Assembly: GCA_002633005.1 (NCBI GenBank)
Contig: NMRA01000022.1
Span: forward strand, 1,586,485 to 1,650,484
DNA: 64,000 nt
Reading direction: 5' to 3'
Source of the DNA: Phoronis australis
Lineage: Eukaryota > Animalia > Phoronida
Shown here: one piece after another, positions 1-12,400 of the stretch
How the letters are laid out: every line of letters begins with the position of its first letter
How positions within the stretch are numbered: the first letter of the stretch is position 1
Notes under the pieces: generated by a model
The model's input: only the letters and a program-made list of their open reading frames with translations
Told to the model about the DNA's origin: nothing
The model's database searches: none
Program-made: the position numbers and the translations under genes

Positions 1-316
1 GACTACCCCCAAATACATGTACTGGTCATTAAAAGCAAAATTATAAGTCAATTCCTATTGTTTCACTGCAGCTTAAAAATTCTATATAATAATCCAATTG
101 GCTTCAGATTTTCTTTCAGACAAGTAGTACTGAACAGCCTCACTGTGAAAACAAAATCCGGTACAGTCAATCAAACTATAATATTTAAATATTTATCTTT
201 AAACACTAACTAGAAATTCTGAGACTTGACTCACTTAATGTTTGAGGCTTACAAAAAACACATCAAACCCAACCTTGTTTATCAACAATAGATTAAATCA
301 AACCAACGAAACATAC

Positions 317-421
317 TCCAGCAGAAGAATGTCTAGACCTCTTGGACTCCTGAGGTGAATCGACAGATGCTGCCCTCTTTAGACTTGATGTGGAAGCTTG
401 ACTGGCATCAGGCAAAGTAAC
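317..421 (-). CDS. TRRAP: TRRAP exon
   Basis: ag|VTLPDASQASTSSLKRAASVDSPQESKRSRHSSAG|gtatgt. Confidence 0.8.
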
Positions 422-3400
422 CTGCATAATTCATATTTTCGACAAAGGAAAATTACTCATTGCCTGCCAACAGGACTTTCCATTAAACAAATTTAAGTAT
501 CAATTAAGTGGTACTTAACTGAACACTTATAAATCATTGTCTGACACTACCTTTTATTAACCACTGCCAAGCTGAGACTTTTAATTTCCTACTTTGTAAA
601 ACACATACAGCTAATTAGTACATGACAGTTATCAACCATTAGAGCCTATTTGAATTAGGCTGTAGCATGTAATCATTTTGCGCAGTTTTCAAATATCCAA
701 TCATAACGTACCTCAGACATACTGGACTCAGCATCGTCCTTGATTCTCTGAACTTCCCAGTTAATCAATATCTCAGCCAGATCAACAGCCAACTTGCGAT
801 GCTCAATTGTAGCCTACAAATATTAAATAGTGATCATCATCATACTTGAGTTTAACAGTGAGGAGCTTAAAATTCGTGATGCTCTACACATCAGTTGGTG
901 CGAGCCCAATCTCAATAGGCAACTGGCACACCACAGGTTGTCATTGTTGGTCTAGTTCATTGTCACTCCCTGTAACTGACTGAATCTGTGCTTCATTACT
1001 TGTTGCTGGGCCTAGCTAGGTGGACACTGCATTCTCTCTTCTGATGATGGTGTTTGAACAAATGACACCAAAACATGTCAAGTCAACTTAAAACCGTTGT
1101 TGTTTTCTTTAATTGATATTTTTCTGCTTCGTGGAATAACGTCCATTATTCTTGAGAGTGTTCAATGGAATAACTACTTTCAATATAATGGCAACATGTG
1201 AAATACAACATCTGGCAATAGAGTACTTGCTGGACAATGTTCAACACCACCTACAGTAAGCTCCTAGGAATTAGATGAAATTCGAAGATAAGGGGATGAA
1301 CAAGTTTTTTATTACTATCCAACTCTTTGCGATCATCATGCAAATTATCACAGATTGTTTTCCTATGGGATGTAAATATAAAAAGTCCAGCGTGGCAAAA
1401 TATCTGTGAAAATTGTATTGTGTGTATTTCAATTGGGTGTGTCTAGCTCAGCAGAATTAGGAATTGGATCAAGCAAAAGAAGTTTTTGTGCTCTTACGAC
1501 ACAAAAGCGTTGTATGTCTGATGTTTACAACTAGGTTCATGTGAAAACACCAACTTGACCATGTGTCAAAGCTTTCACTTAAAGCAAAGGGATTGCTTAG
1601 CTTCATTAGGCCTGGCACCTGAATAGCTATAGAGTAGATCTGAATTGGTTAGAATGTCCGTATTCTTATCTTGCCTCACAAAAGTGACAACAACTGCAGA
1701 ATCAAGAGAGGTCATACTTACATTGGGAGTGAATCCGAGTCTCTGTATGGAGTTGACAATGTGTTGGATCAGATGATGTCTGACTGGGTAGTACACCTTC
1801 TGGTGACGAACTATCAGTTGTCTGCGGTGTTAGAAACAAGTGGTAACAACAACAGCAGCAACAGTAACAGCAACACCAACAACAACAGCAACACCAACAA
1901 CAACACCAACAACAACTTAACTCTAACTTGCATTTTGCATTAAACCACTTTCAAAAAAATTGAAGTTTAATAACTACACTAAATCGTAAGTTAAATTCCA
2001 AGAAGGATTTTCAAAATAATACTGATCACATCAGATGAAAAAATAAGGGGAAGTTAGCAGTAAAACTTTCTTAAAAGACTCAATTATAATGAAAGTCTTG
2101 ACTCATTGTACAATTAAGAGCAGTGTTGATTTGTACATTATAGAACAGAACTGCATTCAAGTTTTTCAAGTTCAAAGTTGAACAGCAGAATAGGAAAACT
2201 GAAGTTGAGGCAAATACTTACAAAATATGAACAAGCTGAACAACTGTGTGTCCCTCTTCAACAATTATCTTTTTGGTCCAATGAGTTAACATGCCCTAAA
2301 TGAAAAGAAAACTCATATTTTAAAATTGGCGACACCGAATGCATTAAAGGATGTTCTAAAATATAAGCTTTCCATCTGACAACTCGCAAATTCTGATTTA
2401 CCATCAGCTTACTGACAAAAGAAATTACAGGTCACATTAAAGGATGATGTGAAGTCATTCTGAAATCTCTTCAAGCTGTAAAATTCAAATTAAGCTGAAA
2501 GACTGCATCACTGCCTGAAGTACTAACAAAAGCAAGCCTAACTAGAGCTATGTATGCATCTATCAAGGCTATGTTTAATAGTAGAAATAGACTTACATTG
2601 CCATCCTCCATCCGTCCAGGCATGGCTGGTGTTAGTATCTCCAGAGCCTGACGCACCACGCTGCGTGCCTCAACAGCGTGCGCCTTTAACAAGCTGTAGA
2701 ACACCTGTACAGAAGTGATAAGAAGGCAGACTATCAGTAGAAATGATGATTGGCCGAAATGAAAAGAAGATCTCTGCAGAGATCTATTGTAAACGAGAAT
2801 TCAATAAGTTGTGAATACGTAGCGATGACTGAATTACGAAGCATTTCTCACACTCAAGCTGTCTTTAGTAACATCTCAGGGCAATACTTGAATAAGATAT
2901 CACAAATAGTCAACAATCCTTAAATTTCAAATAAGCCCAGAGTAGTCATCCAGCCAGTGGATAAGTAGTCATATATTCTAGAGATTATACCGAGAAATGC
3001 ACTAAGAACTGAATCACAAGTCAACAGTCGCGTCACGTTCCCTACCTATAGTAACGGTAACATCACGTTCCCTACCTGTAATCCAGACCACGTCGTGTTC
3101 CTACCTGTAATAACCACCGTGTCAAGCTCCCTACCTGTAGTACAATTCTTTTGTGTATGGCGAACTTAGCAATGATGTGTGACAGCAACAGATGTCCGTG
3201 ATACTTTGTGGCTGGATCAACACAGTTCTTGGCTAGAAGGCACGGCCAGGCAAACGTGAGCAGACGGCGCAGTTTGTTGCCTTGTTTTCTGTCAATAGAA
3301 CAGTATGGTAACAGCTTGTGAGCACAATCTAGTCAAAATGCCCTTTTTAATTTTTGATTTTTGAATTTCAGATACTTGTCGTTCTTAATTTTGGATTTTC

Positions 3401-6400
3401 CACGATTTATACATTGTGTTTAAATTGTGCCTAATGAGGATATCCGCATAAACTAGTCATTGATAACCTATTAATTACTATATGAAGTTGTTCACATTGT
3501 TATGGAATTCCGGATATTATTGACCAGCAATTATCAAATTATAAAAATTCGTACTTATTGGCAGCGTCGTGGATATGTGCCGCTGCCTGCTCCACCAACA
3601 ATGACGAGAACTGTAACAGCAGGATACGCACAGCGTCCGACGTGCCGAACGGATTGTCTGGGTCGATGACCTTATTGATGAATACGCTGATCACATTGTC
3701 AGAGTTATCCTGGTCAGGAGCGGGTGGGCCACCAATCACGCGCTCACCCTCGCCACGTTCGAAGGATACTTGGAAGCACGGGATGAGGATACACTGAAGG
3801 ATCTGAGAAAAGAGTGCTAACACTGTATGCTATGCCCTACAATAACCATCTTTAACTGATAGTGGGTAGATCTGAGAAGAGAGGGCGAACACTGTATGTC
3901 ACATCCTAGAATTGCACTCTTCGGAATGAGAGTCCTTTAGATCTAAGGAAACACATGACGCTGTACTGAACAATGGCCTCCATTGCAACTGTTAACAACA
4001 TTATGATTCCTGGTTTCCACACAAATCACACAAGCCGATCCTTATAGCAAAAATACACGACATACCGGAAAGAGGATGAATGTTCATTGATGTCAGGTAT
4101 TCTGAACACTTCATCGTTACATCCGCTGAAAATTAACCATACCTTGGCTTTGAGTTCCTGGGATTTGCTCTGGTCATGGAATATCTCTACAAACTTGAAA
4201 AAAGATTTTCTTTTCCATTCCACGCTGTACGTCTACAAAGAAAAATATCCACAACCAGCTTTTAAACACTATAGACCAGTAAATATCTAACTCAGGTTTT
4301 GTTTGTCAAAATAAAGGACAATCATGTACTTATAACTTCATTACAGTAGTGCAGCAGGGATCAAAGTATCTGAAGTTTGGTTTTGAATGATACAAACCCA
4401 TAACCACCCATTGATAACTATGCTAGCCTAAGCAGTTGATGACCACTGTCTTGCCACTGTGGCACAAAAAACACTTGTTGATAGAGTCACTTTATACAGT
4501 CACTAAATCAATGTTATACAGACATGGTAATAGAAATTTGACAGTCTGCGTGATCTTAAATTAACACGTCTAGGAGAACCAACCTGTGCTACAGTGTTGT
4601 CCAAAAACTCCTTAACAAACTGAAACTGCGGGATGAATCGACATGTGAAGCAGCGAAGCATTTGAAACAGCAGGTCAATATCATTGGGCTGGTGTCTGCA
4701 ATGAAATGTGTTTTCTTTAAGCAAAAATACAAGTCAACATGTAGAGCCTGGTCTTAGTGAATTTTTTGCAAGCCCAGTCCACTAAAGTAGAGTTTGAGAC
4801 AAACTTCATAACAGTAGATCTAAATCAAAAAATTTTCGGCGACAGAAGGCGGATTTATGGTATTTCACAAAATTGCGAATATGAGCACATCCCTGAATGG
4901 GCCCTTCAGAACAATGTCAGAACTGCACGTCTTTCTGAGATACTAACTCGAAGTAGTTCAGCAGACACTTCATCAACAACTTTGGCTCTTTCCAGTGGGC
5001 AAAGTCTGCGCTGTACTGAAAGGAGAAAGCAGACAAACATCATGAATGCACCTAGTGGGCAAAGTCTGCGCTGTACTGAAAGGAGAAAACAGACAAACAT
5101 CATGAATGCACCTAGTGGGCAAAGTCTGCACTGTACTGAAAGGAGAAAACATCTAGTCTAGCAGCTAGTGAATGGCCCTGAGTGGCTTTCATTTGACAAA
5201 GGTGAAGATGGTTGTGTAGAAGATGCCCTAGACATTAACTACCACTTGGGCAGCTGTCTTCAGTTTAGTGTATTAGTAGTGTGTAGTGTTATCACTATAC
5301 TGCTAATATCTCAAAGAACAGTTTGCTGGATAGTTCTGTGCAGAAATCAAAAATCCTATTGTTATATAGCCTTGTTTTATATTACATTTGTGCAGCGAAG
5401 TCAAATACTACGAAACAGTACATATACAACGTGTATGGCTGAACAAATGATAACCTAAACTATACACAGAATTGGAGAGCTTTTCACAACATTTGCCAAA
5501 CAAACTGAAGCCATATACCTATCCAGAGGACATTGAATTGCACATTAAAGAGTCACTTAACTTACAATTTTCTTATGTTTCTCCTTGAATGGTTCAGACA
5601 CCCATATCTTCAGCAGGTTGACCACAATCTGAGGGTTCTTGGACAGCCACGTTGGTTCAAACTTGGCGAGCACAGCGATGATCTCTATAGACAGGAACTG
5701 TAATTCAGACTTGAACATGGCGCTGCCAGGGCTCGCAGGTCGTACCCCTTGACCCTACAACAGAATTAGCATATTTAGCAGAATATAGTTTGCAGAGTTA
5801 AATGACAATTTTAATTTAACTTCCAAACGACAAGATTTTACAAACTAAACACTTTCAAGACTTAATTAAAACAACAGTGTACATAATCCAGAAAATCTGA
5901 AACTTTAAATCACAAGCACTGGATTCAATAGTTCTTTCATTTTCCACAAAATGCACCTTTGCAGCATTAACGCACATAATCCAAAAATGCAAAATTTCAT
6001 ACAGTCAAGTAGGCGTAATCTTCATCAACAACCAATATTTCTACATTATTAGTATTACACTTAATTAAAAATAATGACAAATAATACTTAACGGTCCCAT
6101 ATTTTCTTAAGATGACTTATTTTCTATCACTACAGAGGGGTCTATTGGCACATCAATCTGAAATTCTAAAATAAACGCTGACGTCTCATGACTCACTTGT
6201 AACTGGCCATAGGTCATTGGCACTAGTCGGCTGGGGTTGTTTTGCAGAACATCCCTGAATGGTTTACCCAGCTCATGTTTTAGTAAGAACTGGAAATACA
6301 GTAAGAACACAGATCAAATCCAGGCCACAAGCAAGGCCTTTATTTAATTGCACTTTAAAATAGAATTGTTACTCGGCCTCCAAAAATATCTGAATGTTGT

Positions 6401-9400
6401 GCCTTAACTCGAGTATGAATATAGATCAGTAAGAGACCACAACTCATTCAAGAAACTAAACTTAAGTTCACAAAAGACAGATGCAGTGCTCCTAACTGAA
6501 TTATGAGCTGCAATGACAGTTTCAACATTTTACTCAAACTTGTCCTTTAACCTTAAAGCCCAGAGCTTCCATATACAACAAATCCACACAAGATCTCTGG
6601 CTGAACTAGACTGACCACTAATGTCCTGTTCCAGTGTTGATCCTTAATGTTGTAGTCACAGAGGAACATATCAATGGTATGGACTGGATAGTTGACCAGG
6701 AACTTCAGTAGAGGTAAGCGGAATGGACTACCAGCCTAAGGAAGGAAGTACAAGAAGAGGCATGAGTTAATCATGATTGTGTCAACTTGCCATCAGGCCA
6801 GCGCTGCACAACTTCAGTAATAATTCGGCAGAGAAATACAACGCCTCACTCGTATGATAATGAGATCGTTCAACAGTGAGATATTGCCACTTTGCCACAG
6901 AAAAACCCGGTCAGTGATAGAAACTCACTTATCACAATATGCAAAAAACTGGGACAAGAATTCATTTGAAATAAAAAGTAAGTGATTAGAGAACAAGACT
7001 GAATATAAAACCAAGTCATAAAGACTTTACTACTTATAAGACTGGTGTCCAAGTGAACCCACACGGTTTATAATTCTGGCCAGTTAATGTTTACCTCAAT
7101 CAATAGAGACTTCTCTCCCTTCAAGGTAAGAGTTGTGAGTGGTTCAGCCATGTTCTGCGACGCAGCAGGAATCAAGTGGAAAATGTTGATAATGGCCGCG
7201 CACGTCTTTAACTCCTGTAAGGTTGTACATGGACATACACTTCTGGATAGTATTGTTATAGTAACTAAATCGCTTTACTGTATTATGTGAATATTTCAGC
7301 CTGTACACATGAATGCCTGAATGTTTCAGCCCACGCACCTGTATGCTATGTGAGTATTTCGGCCCATACACCTGTATAACTCTATGAATATTTCAGCCTA
7401 GTATACACTTGTACAAGTGAATATTTTGGCCCATGCACATGTATATGAAGCAGCTCTTATATCAGCAATAAAGTCCAAGGGCTAATGTGTGAAACAATTT
7501 CTTAAATATTCTATGGGGCGGTGAAACTTGACATGACCTTAAGAGCAGTAGACATTGGAAATGATTCCATTGTAACAGTGTGATGACAAGAATGAATGGA
7601 CAAAGACACACCAGCTTAAGCCAGGCTGAGAGTAATAATATCTTTATATGGTAACAAAATGAGACCCAATACTGACCCAGTAACCCCAATACATAATGAC
7701 TGTTCTGCAGAAGTGCAGTCACACCTTGCCTTCCAGTTGTGGCTATGGGTTACACAGGATCTTTTTAAATTTTAAACAAATTGATTTCAGTAACTTCGTA
7801 ATTTGTTACTTTCTCTCGTCAGTGTAGATTTGACATGCTTGGAACTTAACCATCATGCATCTCAGCAGGATAGCTTAGGATGACAACACAAAATTAATGA
7901 ATTAAGAAGTTCAAGAAACAAATCATCATCCATCATACCACTGAAGTCACCTGACCCGTGACCTTCTGTTGACCTCCTTTCTGAGCAATCACTGCCGCAT
8001 CCATCCACTTCTTTAGATGAGCCTGTAAACAACATACCATAGCTCAAGAAGGTTTGTCTAGCATTCAACAGTGTCTCCAACCACATTGTTCCCAATTTTC
8101 ACATCTCCAAAAAAATGAAATGCAAATTCGAAACAGGGACTTATAGAAAATGCAAATCAGACAATTCCCAATTTGGTTTTCTACTTTCTTGCTGGAGACT
8201 TTGCTAAGTTGACAATTAAAACACCTTTGTATTCTAAACTGCATTTAGTAAATGCCAAAAGCAAGACGGACAAAATTATGTTTCACCAGGCACTCTGGTG
8301 GTGAATTCCACATGCAATTGGTCGACCTGACAAAGCATTCTGGGTCAACATATCTGTTCATGTTTCATGCCTACTGTATAAGGCTGTAACAGATAGCAAC
8401 TAAAGATTAAGGTTCTAAAACCTACCAGTAACTGCTCACAAAGTTTCTCATTAAACGTGTGTGGGAATAGCTGTGTCAGGCTGGACAGACGTTGTATGAC
8501 ATTCAGATTCAACGTCCGATAGTCCCCTAACATCAACAACAGGGGGCGCATTGCCGTGTGCACCTGTTCCATGTCAATTTGGAAGCCCGATATAAACTGA
8601 AATATACAAGGATCAGCATATCAGACAAGCTACAACTCATTAAACATCAGCAATAATAAAATGTGGTACCCTCCTTCTTCTTAAGATAAAGTACATTTTT
8701 ATCACATAATTTGGTTGTTAAACACGCGTTTGTTTAATGACCATGCATACGTTGCAAGTTTGCTTAAGTTGGACTACATTAACAGCTAGTTATTTAAATT
8801 TTTGCCTTTTCATAAAGAAAGAGAGATGTTTCTAAGCAAGTTGGTTCACCTGGGTCAATAAATGCTCACTAGCTGAGACTATGTTCAAGACTGGGTATAC
8901 CTAAGTTATAATTAAAGCATGTTACACAGAATTATACACCAATCACTTCAAGAGTAAAGAAATTGGAAAATCAGGTAAGAGCCTACCTTTTTCATACATT
9001 CATGCGCCGCCTCTTGAAGTTCACTGTTATTAGCATTGAGGTTTTTGTAGAGAACGCTGAAGATCTTCTCACGGCATTGTGGGATGTAGTGACAAGCAGC
9101 GAGCGCCTCTGAAAGCAAATACACAAACTGTAGTTACACAACATAAAAACGTTGGACATTTTCTAACCACTATATGAAAGATACAGTATTGTGTTGCTAA
9201 GTGGGTTGACTATTTCTGCTATGTGTATTAATGTGCTATATAGTGCAGAAATAAGAACCATCATATGGTAGTTTTCAGAATAACATTTCTTTTCCATGTA
9301 CAAAACACCTTTCAATTCGGGCAAATTCTCAACAAAATCTCGGCAATTGTGTGTCGCCTCGCGCGTTGTCGAAATTGCGCAACAACTTGCCTTGCAAGTC

Positions 9401-12400
9401 TTTTTTATAAAATAATAAACAACTAGTGGTTAGGTACAATAATAGCACAGTAAACTCTAACAGCGAATGTTTGACTAAATTGGCAAAAAACTCTGGCAAG
9501 ATTCGTCCAAGTGTGGCAGAGTTCGACTGACAGAATCCTACCTAAGTCTGTCCAATTTAGTTTGAAAACTATTACACCTTCTTTACATGAAGTTCGCATA
9601 AATTGCAGTACTTACACAGAGAAGTGCTCGCACAGTATAATATTCTTGCACAGCAGTACTTGCACACAGTAGTACTCATAAAGGCAATACTCACACACAT
9701 CAGTACTCACACACAGCAGTACTCACACACAGCAGTATTTACACAAAGTAGTACTTGCACACAGCAGTACCTACACACAGCAGTACGTTACTTACTGAGG
9801 CCACTTTTTCTCAGAGGTACCAGGTTAGTAACAGACTTGTAACATGGCAGCTTCAGTAACACAGAGTCCTCAGCCTCACACAGGCTCAACAACTGAAATA
9901 TTGATGGAGGCGCATTAATTACCTCTCACCAACTATACCAAACCACCAGGTATGTCTTTGTTGAATGTACTTCAAAATTCATTTCACGTTTAGCTAATCA
10001 CGAAACATATGCGAGGTGAAAATCTGTCGTGCTTTCAAAATTTAGCAGTGAGTATTTTTTATATGAAAACTAATTTATGCTAAATGTTAAATGAACAAAG
10101 TCTGACTCAATACATTCCTCTATGAAGTTTATATTAGAAACGGAATATGTTAACTGTTAACTGATCTAAATCAAGATATACCTCCGTGAAGAAGACTTTA
10201 TGCTCCACAATAGTCAAGTCTATAGTGAACAGTCGAGGCTGGAGAGTGGTACAGAAGGTATTACCATCCTGGAATAAACACTTAACAAATCAACGTACAT
10301 ACCTTCAAAACAGACGTGATTTCTTTTTCACAAAGAAACAAAAAATCTGATATCCATGAAAGCTTTTTTTTCAGCAAAGGTATTATTACGTACTTTTCAA
10401 ATAGTCTTTAGCAGTGGAAGTGTTCACGATCAAATGCACATAACTATTAATTCATAGATATTGCATCTACGTAAGATAACACAGTCACTAAGAGTTGTGG
10501 ATAATTGCCATACAGCCTACAGCATGTGACTTACCATAAGCCCTATCTGTGCATTGGCAGGCTGGTGACGCAGGAGGTGCTTCTTGGGAGGGATCATATC
10601 CTGTAGTACATCACGGTGAGGCTCCATGATCTCAGTAATCGTTTTACCCGTCGTTTTGGCCACAACCTCCAGGCTGTGCATTGCCTAGGAAACAGACAGT
10701 TACAATTAGGTTAGGTGAGAACATAGAATAACAATCATCCATCAAGTAATATGAGGATTGAATTGTAACGCAGCATCGGTTGCTTATAATTGCCATACTA
10801 ACAGCAGTTGTCACATTACTAATAGCAGTTGTAACATCACGTGCAGGCCTAAGTTAGTGGTGTATAGGTCCCTGTGACCCATTTCTATTGACTGTGATGG
10901 ATAATTTTGCTACATGTGGCTGAAGCTGCTTCATGTGCAGGGCATGTGTGTTTGATTGCACACACGATATGTGGTAGTGTGTAGTCGCATTATGGCTATT
11001 TTTGGAATCAGCTGATCATTTGAAGCTGGCTCAGCTTAGTGACCCCCTTTATCAACTGTAAGGGAATGCTTGACATCAAAAGACTGGAGGTCCTCACACT
11101 ATGCAGAGGTTCACACTTTTTCTGAAGCAAAAATTTACAGCAAATCTTTGTGTTCATTGCAGCAGCACATTCATCGCTTTGTCAACTGAAGTATGGAATT
11201 AACAGTAAAGAAGAATCTGCTATTTATTGTTGACATAAAAATAAGTGTCAATTTTTGTTTGAAGGGCAACTGTCCTACATGACACAGCAATGTCTGGTCA
11301 CACATCAAAATTTTTAACACATGATGACCAAAAGAGAATGAATGTGAACTTGATTGCATTGGGGAAATGAAGGAAAGGAAAAGGAGAGAGAATACATTTC
11401 ATTATCACCGTGTTTTACCTGTTCTCTGACCAGAGTGTTGGTGGATGTCACCTGTCTCACTAATTCATGAGTGATGTCATGGAATGACTTTCTCTGGACA
11501 GTGATCAGTGCCTCGTTGCCGTCGGCGATGGGTTTGGCACACATGGTCAACATCACCTCGAGATTTACCTTAGCCATGTCCACAGCACCACTAGACACCT
11601 GGATGAAGGAAGATGAAAGAATATTCAGCTGTTTACCTAATATACAAACTGTATTTACTATCTTTTTAAAAGCACCTTGCCACGTGACACATACACACAA
11701 ATGAAAACATTTCAGTCTGAGCAACTTAAAAATTTCAGTTGCCCGACAAAAGTACCAACAAACTAAAAAACCGCACTGGTGTCACCTGTGCAGGTAAGTC
11801 ATACCTCGCCAGTCAGATCCATCATAACAAACAGAAGAGCTTTCAAGAACAGGAACTGATGGTCGAGGACCCAGAGTAGAGACATCCTCTCAAACAGGAA
11901 CTTGATGGCGATACATCTACAGGGGAGAGACAGGGACATAGGAACAGGTTAAGTTTACGTAGAGCTTAGAGCATAACGGACTTATAATTCATTGAATGAT
12001 TGCAAATGGTGAGATGATTGGAACAGAAATCATACGGACAATTTCGTATCAAGCAAAAATTTAAGTTTTGGCTTATAATACTTTGAAAGTGATTAGAAAA
12101 GTTTCTTACCCTCCAAGTTTGGCGTACCACGCACGCTCATAACAGAGAGAACACATCCTGTCCACAAGGTACTCGAACATTGGAAGTTGCGACGCCTAAA
12201 TAGAAAAGATGACATGCAAATTAGAAAACTCAATAACAGTAACTATATTGAATTAAGAGTCTCACTAATCGCCCACTCCCCTCCCACTTTATAATGTTAC
12301 TCACCCTCTCCTTATCACCAAGTATAGTCTTGGTCGTCTCCAGTATCAACACAAGAGCCAAGTGACCTGGTTTACACAGCTCCTTCTCCTCGTGACCCAT

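Noticed and set aside
1671-1943. Asn-rich plus-strand ORF
   Set aside because: Antisense to a TRRAP exon and running through an AAC microsatellite.
4757-5161. 134-aa ORF with internal repeats
   Set aside because: Product of the 60-bp triplication, antisense to TRRAP.
10170-10182. Donor GTATATCTT as a possible U12 intron
   Set aside because: Does not match RTATCCTT; all traced introns look like ordinary GT-AG.
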